Shown here piece by piece: positions 6,237 through 14,550 of a DNA stretch of 64,000 nucleotides. Location of the stretch: the sequence record LR597663. The stretch is one strand, 5' to 3'. Below the pieces are notes generated by a model. The model was not told where the DNA came from. It searched no databases and saw only the letters and a program-made list of their open reading frames with translations. The position numbers and the translations under genes are program-made. Position 1 is the first letter of the stretch. Each line of letters starts with the position of its first letter. Source of the stretch: Escherichia phage VpaE1_ev78.

Positions 6237-6311
6237 ACTCGCTTAGTTTATATGGTAAAACACCACCCTTACAAGATGAAGAAAAAGGTTCAAGTCCTTT
6301 AGTGAGTACCA
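6237..6311 (+). tRNA. tRNA, probably Val (anticodon TAC); weak anticodon stem
   Basis: Acceptor ACTCGCT/AGTGAGT, T-arm AAAGG-TTCAAGT-CCTTT, anticodon loop CTTACAA with two stem mismatches. Confidence 0.45.
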
Positions 6312-6312
6312 T

Positions 6313-6390
6313 GTTCCAGTATCCCAATTGGCAGAGGATGCAAGCTCAAACCTTGTACTAGTGATGGTTCGAATCCATCTTGGAACACCA
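6313..6390 (+). tRNA. tRNA with CAA anticodon (nominally Leu) but type-I short variable arm
   Basis: Acceptor GTTCCAG/TTGGAAC, anticodon arm GCAAG-CTCAAAC-CTTGT, T-arm GATGG-TTCGAAT-CCATC. Confidence 0.5.
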
Positions 6391-6395
6391 ATTTT

Positions 6396-6471
6396 GCAGG
6401 ATTAGTTCAAATGGATAGAGCAACAGTCTACGAAGCTGTTAATAGGGGTTCAAATCCCTTATCCTGCGCCA
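6396..6471 (+). tRNA. tRNA-Arg (anticodon ACG)
   Basis: Acceptor GCAGGAT/ATCCTGC, anticodon arm ACAGT-CTACGAA-GCTGT, T-loop TTCAAAT. Confidence 0.65.
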
Positions 6472-6490
6472 ATTTAAAGAGGCTATTTAG

Positions 6491-7048
6491 ATGAGATATT
6501 TGAAGTATGCTTCATGGATTTTCTTAGCTTTGTTAGAACCATTTGCAGCAATCTTAGCAGTTATCTTAGCACCTTTTGTAGTTCCATTCTACAGTGAGAA
6601 GAAAGGACACTTACCTTTCGGGTTCAGATGGATGGAGACATATGACAACCCAATTGATGGTGATGAAGGTCACGTTAAAAGATGGGCTAATATTAGATGG
6701 ATTGGTAAACTAGGTGTCTACATGCAAAGAGTCGGATGGCTCTGGAGAAACAAAGCTTATAACTTCTCTTACCATGTGTTAGGAAGAGATGTAAAAGATG
6801 TTACTAAGTGGAAAGGTAATATCAACGTAAGTTCTAACCCTGAAGATAATCAGACAGGTTATCTCCTAATGTGGAACAGTAATGCTTGGGGATTATTCGC
6901 TTTTACCCCATCAATTAAAATCTTTGGTAAACAGTTTTACTGGAGAATTTATATTGGGTGGAAGCTAAAAAGTGTTGTCCCAGAAGAAAGAGCATTCTCA
7001 AGGGAAAGAGTTATGTTGGCATTCTTTATTCATCCACTAAGAAAGTAA
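6491..7048 (+). CDS. Trp-rich membrane protein of unknown function (185 aa) inside the tRNA array
   Basis: RBS AAAGAGG; hydrophobic N-terminal segment WIFLALLEPFAAILAVILAPFVVPF; many Trp residues. Confidence 0.65.
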   Translation: MRYLKYASWIFLALLEPFAAILAVILAPFVVPFYSEKKGHLPFGFRWMETYDNPIDGDEGHVKRWANIRWIGKLGVYMQRVGWLWRNKAYNFSYHVLGRDVKDVTKWKGNINVSSNPEDNQTGYLLMWNSNAWGLFAFTPSIKIFGKQFYWRIYIGWKLKSVVPEERAFSRERVMLAFFIHPLRK

Positions 7049-7056
7049 AGATTTAA

Positions 7057-7132
7057 AGGGGATTAGTTTACAAGGTTAAAACCTCGGTCTTTGAAATCGA
7101 AGAAGTTGGTTCAATTCCAACATCCCCCGCCA
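7057..7132 (+). tRNA. tRNA-Gln (anticodon TTG)
   Basis: Acceptor AGGGGAT/ATCCCCC with 1:72 mismatch, anticodon loop CTTTGAA, T-arm GTTGG-TTCAATT-CCAAC. Confidence 0.6.
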
Positions 7133-7134
7133 AT

Positions 7135-7213
7135 GCTCCATTACTCCAATTGGCAGAGAGGCCAGACTTAAAATCTGTGTTATGTATCGGTTCGAATCCG
7201 ATATGGAGTACCA
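7135..7213 (+). tRNA. tRNA with TAA anticodon (nominally Leu) but type-I variable arm (about 7 nt)
   Basis: Acceptor GCTCCAT/ATGGAGT, anticodon loop CTTAAAA, T-arm ATCGG-TTCGAAT-CCGAT. Confidence 0.5.
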
Positions 7214-7218
7214 AATTT

Positions 7219-7294
7219 AGCGGTATAGCATAACTGGCAATGCAGCAGCCTCTGAAGCTGTCCTATTAAGGTTCAAATCCTTATGCCGCTGCCA
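7219..7294 (+). tRNA. tRNA-Gln (anticodon CTG)
   Basis: Acceptor AGCGGTA/TGCCGCT, anticodon arm GCAGC-CTCTGAA-GCTGT, T-arm TAAGG-TTCAAAT-CCTTA. Confidence 0.6.
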
Positions 7295-7325
7295 CTTCTA
7301 AGGATTCTTACGAGAGTCCTTAAAT

Positions 7326-7401
7326 GTGGCCTTATCATAAATGGTAATGACCCATGCTGTGAACATGGTCTATACGGGTTCAAATCCCGTAGGTCACCCC
7401 A
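7326..7401 (+). tRNA. tRNA-His (anticodon GTG)
   Basis: Acceptor GTGGCCT/AGGTCAC, perfect anticodon arm CCATG-CTGTGAA-CATGG, T-arm ACGGG-TTCAAAT-CCCGT. Confidence 0.7.
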
Positions 7402-7406
7402 ATTTA

Positions 7407-7481
7407 TAGTCCAAGTAGCTTATATGGTTAAAGCGCGTGTCTGAAAAACATGAGAAGAGGGTTCAAATCCCACTGGACTAC
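7407..7481 (+). tRNA. tRNA-Phe (anticodon GAA)
   Basis: Acceptor TAGTCCA/TGGACTA, anticodon arm CGTGT-CTGAAAA-ACATG, T-loop TTCAAAT; CCA not fully encoded. Confidence 0.6.
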
Positions 7482-7499
7482 CAATTTCAAAGGTGCTTA

Positions 7500-8234
7500 A
7501 TGAAAGAGATGACAGAACAAGGTAAGGAGATTTTTAATCTCTTAAAAACCGGTAAAGGGTTCTCTAACCCACTTATTACTGGTGCAGCAGTTCTCGGTGG
7601 AACCGTAGCTGCTTCTACATCACTTGTAAGCTCTATTAGTTCTGTAACAGACCCTACAATGAAGGAGAAACTTGTTGCTGCTGGACTTACAACAGTCCTT
7701 CTAAACAGCTTTACAACAAGCCTTACAAGCACTACAGCAACTACTAAAACTCTGACAGACTACGGTCAAAAGTCTATTGATGAGTTTTCATCACGTATGC
7801 AGGTAGCAAAGGGGTATTCCAATGTTATGGGTGCAGCAGGAGAACAAGTTGGTTGTACACCATTCAGTGGTATCATGGGTGTTGCTACAGAGTATGGTCA
7901 AAAAGCTATTGACATGATGAACAGTACACTAGATAGTGTTAATGGTGTGTTAAGTGACTTGCAAGATGCTATTGATAAGGGTCTTGATACTGTTTCTGAT
8001 TTAGCTAATCAGGCTGTTAGTAAGATTAATGAAGGTATTTCAAAGATTACAGCTTATGCAGATGAAGTTGTGCAGATGATTGAAGAAGAAGCTGCCCTTA
8101 TTGCAGAGTACCTTAAAACGAATATCAATGGGTTCTTAGCAGGTATCTTACCAGACTGGTTTGATGATGCCTGTAAAACTGGTGTGATTGACACTATTGC
8201 AACACCAGAAATGAAGAGCGCATTACAGAAATAA
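7500..8234 (+). CDS. hypothetical Ser/Thr/Ala-rich protein (244 aa) inside the tRNA array
   Basis: ORF-track start overlaps tRNA-Phe; trimmed to in-frame ATG at 7500; low-complexity T/S/A/G-rich middle. Confidence 0.5.
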   Translation: MKEMTEQGKEIFNLLKTGKGFSNPLITGAAVLGGTVAASTSLVSSISSVTDPTMKEKLVAAGLTTVLLNSFTTSLTSTTATTKTLTDYGQKSIDEFSSRMQVAKGYSNVMGAAGEQVGCTPFSGIMGVATEYGQKAIDMMNSTLDSVNGVLSDLQDAIDKGLDTVSDLANQAVSKINEGISKITAYADEVVQMIEEEAALIAEYLKTNINGFLAGILPDWFDDACKTGVIDTIATPEMKSALQK

Positions 8235-8236
8235 AT

Positions 8237-8329
8237 GGAAGATTAACCCTAAAAGGTAAGGGAGCAGTTTGCTAAACTGCCAGTAGCTGAGAAATCGGTG
8301 TACCAGTTCAAGTCTGGTATCTTCCTCCA
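8237..8329 (+). tRNA. tRNA-Ser (anticodon GCT), long variable arm
   Basis: 93 nt; acceptor GGAAGAT/ATCTTCC, anticodon arm GCAGT-TTGCTAA-ACTGC, T-arm ACCAG-TTCAAGT-CTGGT; starts 3 nt after upstream stop. Confidence 0.7.
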
Positions 8330-8333
8330 ATTT

Positions 8334-8409
8334 GAATCCGTGACAGAAATGGCTATGTGCCTGTCTGCAAAACAGGTTTATAAGGGTTCGAGTCCCTTCG
8401 GATTCTCCA
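8334..8409 (+). tRNA. tRNA-Cys (anticodon GCA)
   Basis: Acceptor GAATCCG/CGGATTC, anticodon arm CCTGT-CTGCAAA-ACAGG, T-arm AAGGG-TTCGAGT-CCCTT. Confidence 0.7.
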
Positions 8410-8446
8410 AGTTATTTTACTCTCTCTCAATTAAAATAATAATAAT

Positions 8447-8516
8447 GCCCTGCTATAAGTATTCTTCCTTTCGCTACCGAAGAGTATTTTTAGACAGGGC
8501 TTTTTTACAGAGTTAT
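8447..8516 (+). terminator. intrinsic terminator closing the tRNA array (long imperfect hairpin GCCCTG...CAGGGC plus TTTTTT)
   Basis: Stem arms with internal sub-stem, followed by six T. Confidence 0.55.
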
Positions 8517-8571
8517 ACTTTATAAGAAGGCTTATACAGTATGTCTCTGACGTACATTGTGGTTTCTCCTT

Positions 8572-8595
8572 GACGGTCTCTGTGCCGTCTTTTTT
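8572..8595 (+). terminator. intrinsic terminator (GACGG-TCTCTGTG-CCGTC plus TTTTTT)
   Basis: GC-rich 5-bp stem and T-run immediately upstream of structural module. Confidence 0.6.
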
Positions 8596-8631
8596 AAGGA
8601 GAAACATGGTTAATTATTTGGAGAAAACATA

Positions 8632-8832
8632 ATGAGTGAGACCGTTTATAAAGAACTTTATGAAGCTAATAAGAAGCTAGAATTTATGCAGAATACTATC
8701 ATGGCAATTGCAGACAGATTGTCTGTAGCAACAGGTATTGATATTAAAGAAGCATCTATGGATGCACTTCTTGATGCTGTTGATGCAAAGTTCGAAGTTA
8801 AGAAAGAAGAGACTGCTACAGACTCTGAATAA
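8632..8832 (+). CDS. hypothetical small acidic protein (66 aa), possible terminase-associated
   Basis: RBS GGAG; directly upstream of terminase large subunit; assignment positional only. Confidence 0.45.
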   Translation: MSETVYKELYEANKKLEFMQNTIMAIADRLSVATGIDIKEASMDALLDAVDAKFEVKKEETATDSE

Positions 8833-8853
8833 TTCTATTTGCGGAGGCGCTTA

Positions 8854-10455
8854 ATGGACTTAAATGCTGTTAAGCAGAAGCGAGTGGAAGATGTTAGGAA
8901 AGTCCTAGCTGGAGAGTTGGGGCTTTCTGATGAAGTAAAAGAAATTATCAAATCATTCGGTAAAGACCCCTCTAAATTCCTTCCAACTCAAATTCTGACT
9001 TTATTAAGATACACACCAGACCAAGTTCGCCTTATCTTTAAATTGATGACTGATAAGAACTATGTAGCCCCTCAACCGGGTTCTCAAGAGGTCTTTTTAA
9101 ATACTAATGCTGACTTGGTTCTTTATGGTGGTGCTGCTGGTGCTGGTAAAACTGCTGCATTGTTAATGGACTCTTTAAGATTTATTGAAGACCCTAACTA
9201 TAATGCTGTATATTTCCGTCGAAATACAACACAGTTACAAGGTGGTTTATGGCCTGCTGCAAAGAAACTATTTGGTAAGTTTGGTGGGATTCCTCACGAG
9301 CAGAAGATGACTATCACATTCCCTTCTGGGGCAACTATCAAGTTTACCTACCTAGAACTTGAAAAGCACGCTGAAGGTCATCAGGGTATTGAATACTCAG
9401 CTATTTACTTTGACGAAGGTACACACTTCTCTGCTTCACAGATTTCATACCTACAAACCCGTCTACGTTCTGGTGCTGAAGGCGATTCATACATGAAGAT
9501 TTCCATGAACCCAGACAGAGACCATTTTATTTATGATTGGGTAGAACCATTCTTAGATGAAGAAGGTTATCCAGACCCTGAAAAGTGTGGTCGTATTCGT
9601 TGGTATGTAATGAATGATGGTGTGATGGTTTCTGATTGGGAGAGAGACAAGATTCTTGAAATGTTCCCTCTTGAGATTCCTCAAACATACACCTTTATCT
9701 CTGGTACGATTGATGATAACCCAATCCTTGACTTCTTAGAGCCTAAGTACCGTGGTAAGTTGGAAAACAACACCCCTGTAAACGTTGCAAGACTTCGTTT
9801 CGGTAACTGGAAGGCTCGTGCAGAAGGTTCAAACTATTGGCAAAGACAATGGTGTGAAATTGTTGATTCACTCCCAGAAGATGTATTTGATGTTAGAGCA
9901 TGGGACTTAGCAGCAACTTTACCATCTGAGATTAACCCTAATCCAGACTGGACAGCAGGTGTTAAGATGGGTAAATCTAAAAAAGACGGTTGCTATTATA
10001 TCATTGATGTAGTAAGATTTAGAGATAGACCCTCTGGAGTCGAAACACAAATTAATTTGACTGCTGAAAGTGACGGTAAGCGAACTGGTATTTTTATCCC
10101 TCAAGACCCAGGCGCTGCTGGTAAATCCTACGCAACATCCCTCATCAGGAAACTTGCCGAGAAAGGCTATCGTGCAAGAGCTAAACCAACAAATAAAGAT
10201 AAAGTTACCCGATTTGCGGGGTTTTCTGCTGCTTCTGAAGCTGGACTTGTAAAAGTCTTGAGAGGTAGTTGGAACGAAGCTTACTTCCAAGAACTTGAAG
10301 GCTTTTGTGGTGATGGTAAAACTAAAGATGACCAAGTGGATGCTACCAGTGATGCTTTCAACAGTCTTAACGAAGTTAAATTATTCAAGCCACCATCAAT
10401 GGGTGCTCACACAGACTTAGTGAGAGGAAACCCATATGAGGGGCTTAGACGTTGA
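8854..10455 (+). CDS. terminase large subunit
   Basis: Walker A LYGGAAGAGKTAAL, Walker B-like IYFDEGTH, C-terminal nuclease-like region; start trimmed to ATG with GGAGG RBS. Confidence 0.85.
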   Translation: MDLNAVKQKRVEDVRKVLAGELGLSDEVKEIIKSFGKDPSKFLPTQILTLLRYTPDQVRLIFKLMTDKNYVAPQPGSQEVFLNTNADLVLYGGAAGAGKTAALLMDSLRFIEDPNYNAVYFRRNTTQLQGGLWPAAKKLFGKFGGIPHEQKMTITFPSGATIKFTYLELEKHAEGHQGIEYSAIYFDEGTHFSASQISYLQTRLRSGAEGDSYMKISMNPDRDHFIYDWVEPFLDEEGYPDPEKCGRIRWYVMNDGVMVSDWERDKILEMFPLEIPQTYTFISGTIDDNPILDFLEPKYRGKLENNTPVNVARLRFGNWKARAEGSNYWQRQWCEIVDSLPEDVFDVRAWDLAATLPSEINPNPDWTAGVKMGKSKKDGCYYIIDVVRFRDRPSGVETQINLTAESDGKRTGIFIPQDPGAAGKSYATSLIRKLAEKGYRARAKPTNKDKVTRFAGFSAASEAGLVKVLRGSWNEAYFQELEGFCGDGKTKDDQVDATSDAFNSLNEVKLFKPPSMGAHTDLVRGNPYEGLRR

Positions 10456-10471
10456 TAGCTAGGTGAGAAGA

Positions 10472-11938
10472 ATGGCAGATATTACAGAAACACAAGAAAG
10501 CTTACCACCATTTAGAATGGGTGAAGTAGGTTCTTTGGGTCTGAAGGTTAAGAATGGAAGAATCTATGAAGAACCTCGTCAGGCACTAAGGTTCCCTGAA
10601 AGTATTAAAACTTTCCAATTAATGATGCGTGACCCTGCTGTAGCAGCATCTGTAAATATTATTAAGATGTTTGTCAGAAAAGTCAACTGGAGATTCGTAC
10701 CTCCAAAGGGAAAAGAGCAAGACCCTAAAATGCTTGAAAGAGCAGACTTCTTTAATTCTTTAATGGATGACATGGAGCATGATTGGGCAGATTTTATTAA
10801 CTCTGTAATGTCATTCTGCACTTATGGGTTCTGTGTTAACGAAAAGGTTTATAAGAAACGTCAGGGTAAAAAAGGAAAGTACCAGTCGAAATTTGATGAT
10901 GGTCTAATTGGGTGGGCTAAATTACCAATTAGAAACCAATCAACACTTGATAAGTGGTATTTTGACGAAGACTTTAGAAAAGTTACTGGTGTTAGGCAGA
11001 ATCTGAGAAATGTTTCACATATTGCTGGAGCAATTAATCTCGGAGAAAGACCACTAACAAGAAAACTTCCACGAGCTAAATTCATGCTGTTTAAGTATGA
11101 CGATGAATATGGAAACCCAGAAGGTCGCTCACCATTACTTAATGCTTATGTACCGTGGAAGTATAAAGTTCAGATTGAAGAGTACGAAGCTGTTGGTGTC
11201 TCAAGAGATTTAGTAGGTATGCCAAAGATTGGTTTACCACCAGATTATCTGGATGAAAATGCAGAACCTGAAAAGAAAGCTTTCGTACAATACTGCAAAA
11301 CTGTTGTTAACGATATGATTGCTAATGATAGAGCGGGTTTAATCTGGCCTAGATATATCGACCCAGAAACTAAAGAGGATATTTTCGAGTTCTCATTAGT
11401 TTCTAGACAGGGTGCTAAAGCATACGATACAGGTTCTATTATTGACAGATATTCCAAGCAGATTATGATGGCATTTATGTCAGATGTTCTTGCTATGGGT
11501 CAGTCAAAATACGGTTCATTCTCTCTTGCAGATTCTAAGACAAGCTTACTAGCGATGTCAGTAGATATTCTGCTTAAGCAAATTAAGAACGTAATTAACC
11601 GTGACTTAGTTGCACAGACTTATGCTCTTAATATGTGGGATGATGAAGAACATGTACAAATCACATATGATGATATCGAAACTCCAGACCTTGAAGCAAT
11701 TGGTTCTTATATTCAGAAGACTGTTGCAGTAGGTGCTTTGGAAGTTGACAAAGAGCTATCTAACAAGCTTAGAGAGCATATTGGTCTTCCTCCTGCTGAT
11801 GAATCTCAGCCAGTATCTGAAAAGCTTTCTCCAAATAGTCAAAGCCGCTCAGGAGATGGTTATAAGACCGCTGGAGAAGGTACTGCAAAGACACCTTCAG
11901 CAAAAGACCCAAGCACAGCAAATAAGGCAAATAAATAA
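10472..11938 (+). CDS. portal protein (putative)
   Basis: About 490 aa ORF immediately after terminase; acidic/Gly-rich C-terminus; start trimmed to ATG after AGGTGAGAAG. Confidence 0.6.
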   Translation: MADITETQESLPPFRMGEVGSLGLKVKNGRIYEEPRQALRFPESIKTFQLMMRDPAVAASVNIIKMFVRKVNWRFVPPKGKEQDPKMLERADFFNSLMDDMEHDWADFINSVMSFCTYGFCVNEKVYKKRQGKKGKYQSKFDDGLIGWAKLPIRNQSTLDKWYFDEDFRKVTGVRQNLRNVSHIAGAINLGERPLTRKLPRAKFMLFKYDDEYGNPEGRSPLLNAYVPWKYKVQIEEYEAVGVSRDLVGMPKIGLPPDYLDENAEPEKKAFVQYCKTVVNDMIANDRAGLIWPRYIDPETKEDIFEFSLVSRQGAKAYDTGSIIDRYSKQIMMAFMSDVLAMGQSKYGSFSLADSKTSLLAMSVDILLKQIKNVINRDLVAQTYALNMWDDEEHVQITYDDIETPDLEAIGSYIQKTVAVGALEVDKELSNKLREHIGLPPADESQPVSEKLSPNSQSRSGDGYKTAGEGTAKTPSAKDPSTANKANK

Positions 11939-12438
11939 TGGCTGAAGTTATCTCTATTTCAAATGCTACACGAGTGCATTCGTATAGGGGTGTCCTTATC
12001 ATCACTGATAAGTTATCTGTAGAGGCTGGCTCAAGGGTCAGCCTTTCAGGTTATGTTAGTGATGGTGGAATCTCTGACGTTTTCACTATTTGCAGGTTAC
12101 TTGATGCACCAATGAGTGGAAAACCGTTTATTTCAGGAAATTGTAGTGAAATTGTTAAAATTCCATTTGACAGTTCATGCCTTTTGGGTGTAAAGTTATA
12201 TAACTGCGAGAATAAACGTATCAATGTTAATAGCATTGAAGCCGCTTTCATTACCCTCGATACTGCATTTCAATCTCCAATGACAGTTAATAAAGAAACA
12301 AACAGACTTGAATACATTTTTTCACAAAATGATTACAAAGTACTTGTCAAAGGTAAAGTATATGATATGATTGTAAATGTGGTAGATGAATCTGGTAACC
12401 ATTCAACAGTCCTTAAACAAAAAGTAAGGTTTAATTAA
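11938..12438 (+). CDS. hypothetical protein (166 aa)
   Basis: ORF coupled TAATG to portal stop. Confidence 0.5.
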   Translation: MAEVISISNATRVHSYRGVLIITDKLSVEAGSRVSLSGYVSDGGISDVFTICRLLDAPMSGKPFISGNCSEIVKIPFDSSCLLGVKLYNCENKRINVNSIEAAFITLDTAFQSPMTVNKETNRLEYIFSQNDYKVLVKGKVYDMIVNVVDESGNHSTVLKQKVRFN

Positions 12439-12770
12439 TGGGAACATTAACTATTGATGGTAAGAATAAAATCCTCGCCACGCTAACCCCAACGACTATT
12501 ATTTTACACAATGTAGACCCAACGGCAGACCCTACAGCAAATAAGGTTACTCAGCCAGTGGCTATTTATTTTTCTGAACCGGATAATGGCTTAATTGCCT
12601 CAGAAGACACAGTTAATATTACTGTCCCAGCTTCTGCAACGGTCTCACACTATAGCTTGTGGGATGCTAACGATAAATGCGTGGCAACTGGTGCTCTTAG
12701 CAAACCTCAATTCTTTGCTGAAGAAGGTATCTATGTTATCTCTTCAGTCTCTGTAGATTTAAACAAATAG
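12438..12770 (+). CDS. hypothetical protein (110 aa)
   Basis: Translationally coupled ORF in head module. Confidence 0.5.
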   Translation: MGTLTIDGKNKILATLTPTTIILHNVDPTADPTANKVTQPVAIYFSEPDNGLIASEDTVNITVPASATVSHYSLWDANDKCVATGALSKPQFFAEEGIYVISSVSVDLNK

Positions 12771-12781
12771 GGTGAGTAAAA

Positions 12782-14128
12782 ATGAGTTCGAATATCTTCA
12801 GACTTGCTGATAGATTATTCAACCAACCTTTACTAGCCACTGAATCATTAGCTCACTCAGCAGCAACTTATGTGAATAACAGATTGCTGGGTGATGTCCA
12901 AGCAGCAGTAAACTTTGATAAACCTAAAGGTGAAGCAAGAAGTCTTTTAAAAGTAAAAGATGATATTGCTATTATCCCTATTATGGGTGGCTTAACCCAT
13001 CGTATGACATTCATTGATGCAATGTGCACAGGTGGTTTAAGTTCTTATGAAGGTTTACGCAGAGGCTTTGACGAAGCTTTAGCAGATGAGTCAATTAAGA
13101 CTATTGTTCTGCACATTGATTCTGGTGGTGGTGAAGCTTCAGGTTGCTTTGAATTAGCACGTCACATTATGGCTTCAAGAGGCCAAAAGAAAATTATTGC
13201 TTATGTAGATGAGTTCGCTTGTTCCGCTGCATATGCTCTTGCATCTTCTGCTGAAGAAATTATTGCATCACCAGATGCAGATGTTGGTTCTATTGGTGTA
13301 ATCATGGTTCATCAGGAATTAACTAAGGCATTTGAAAAGAATGGCGTAACAATTAACGTCATCAAAGCTGGTGAGTTTAAAGGTATGGGTTCACCATTCC
13401 AAGCACTTTCAGAAGAAAGCAAAGAAAGACTTCAAAAGAGAATTAATGATACCTACGCAACCTTTACAGGTTTTGTAGCTGAATCTCGTAATCTCTCTGA
13501 AGAAGCTGTAAAGAATACTGAGGCGAATGTTTATTCTGCTCAGGAAGCTCTTGAACTTGGTTTAATTAATTCAATCATGTCTCAAGATGATTTCTTAAAT
13601 TACTTACAAGGTTCTGAAGAGGCTCCTGTAAGTTTAAACGTTAACAATTCAGGTGAAGAAATGACTGAACAAGAAAAGCAAGAACTAGAAGCTTTGCGTC
13701 TTCAGGTTGCTCAAATGAAAGCTAAAGAACAGGAAGCTGCTTTGTCAGATTTGACTAATAAGATTTCTGCTTCTGCTGAAGCTTTTGGGTTTGATGCAAA
13801 AGAAGCTGCAACGACTATTTTAGGTGCTGGTCTTGACAACCCTCTGAGTGTTCTGTTTATGAATGCTATGGAAGGTGCTAACCAGAAACTTAATGAAACT
13901 ATCGCGTCCCATGCTTCTGCAATGGAAGAAAAAGAATCAGAAATTACCAAGCTGAAAGAAACTGCTGGTGCTGTTCTTGAACATTCCAACGCTATGGAAG
14001 AAATGGGTAATGACGGCGAAGCTGATTTGGTTGAAGAAGAAAAAGAACCAGCTAAGAATGCTTCCGAAGACACCGCTGAACAACGCAAACTGGCTCTCCA
14101 GAATGCTCTAAAATCTCTTATCAAATAA
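12782..14128 (+). CDS. prohead protease (S49/ClpP-like) fused to scaffold-like coiled-coil C-terminus
   Basis: S49-type motifs HIDSGGGEASG and FACSAAYALASSAEEIIASPDADVGSIGV; C-terminal Glu/Ala/Lys-rich coiled coil; arrangement like lambda gpC. Confidence 0.8.
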   Translation: MSSNIFRLADRLFNQPLLATESLAHSAATYVNNRLLGDVQAAVNFDKPKGEARSLLKVKDDIAIIPIMGGLTHRMTFIDAMCTGGLSSYEGLRRGFDEALADESIKTIVLHIDSGGGEASGCFELARHIMASRGQKKIIAYVDEFACSAAYALASSAEEIIASPDADVGSIGVIMVHQELTKAFEKNGVTINVIKAGEFKGMGSPFQALSEESKERLQKRINDTYATFTGFVAESRNLSEEAVKNTEANVYSAQEALELGLINSIMSQDDFLNYLQGSEEAPVSLNVNNSGEEMTEQEKQELEALRLQVAQMKAKEQEAALSDLTNKISASAEAFGFDAKEAATTILGAGLDNPLSVLFMNAMEGANQKLNETIASHASAMEEKESEITKLKETAGAVLEHSNAMEEMGNDGEADLVEEEKEPAKNASEDTAEQRKLALQNALKSLIK

Positions 14129-14139
14129 GGAACACAATA

Positions 14140-14517
14140 ATGGCATATCAAGGTTTTACTAAGTTAGGTAACAGAGAACCTCTGAATGATATCATTCTTT
14201 GGGAACAGATTACCCCAACAGGTCACTCTCGTAAAGAGTACACTCCAGTTGCTTCAACAGAATACCGTGTAGGTGAAGTTCTGAAAGCAGACGGTACTAA
14301 AGTTGCAGCAGGGGAAGAAGCTCAGGCTGACTCTGTATGTATCGTTAACTTCTACGCAGACTCACAACTGTCTTATCATGGTCAGTTGAAAGTTGTTGGT
14401 ATTTACCGTGACGCAGAACTAAAAGACCTGCTTACTCTTGAATCAGGTGTTGATGCTGATGCAGTCAAGACAGCTCTGGCTGCTAAAGGTATTGATTTCG
14501 TACCAACTGGCCTGTAA
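14140..14517 (+). CDS. putative head decoration protein (gpD-like position)
   Basis: 125-aa ORF between protease and major capsid gene; positional inference. Confidence 0.4.
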   Translation: MAYQGFTKLGNREPLNDIILWEQITPTGHSRKEYTPVASTEYRVGEVLKADGTKVAAGEEAQADSVCIVNFYADSQLSYHGQLKVVGIYRDAELKDLLTLESGVDADAVKTALAAKGIDFVPTGL

Positions 14518-14550
14518 TAACAATAATAAGACATTCTGGAGAATTTTACA

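Noticed and set aside
6142-6327. Minus-strand ORF (61 aa)
   Set aside because: Overlaps tRNA-Val and a structured inverted-repeat spacer
8298-8525. Plus-strand ORF (75 aa)
   Set aside because: Starts inside tRNA-Ser, runs through tRNA-Cys and the terminator hairpin
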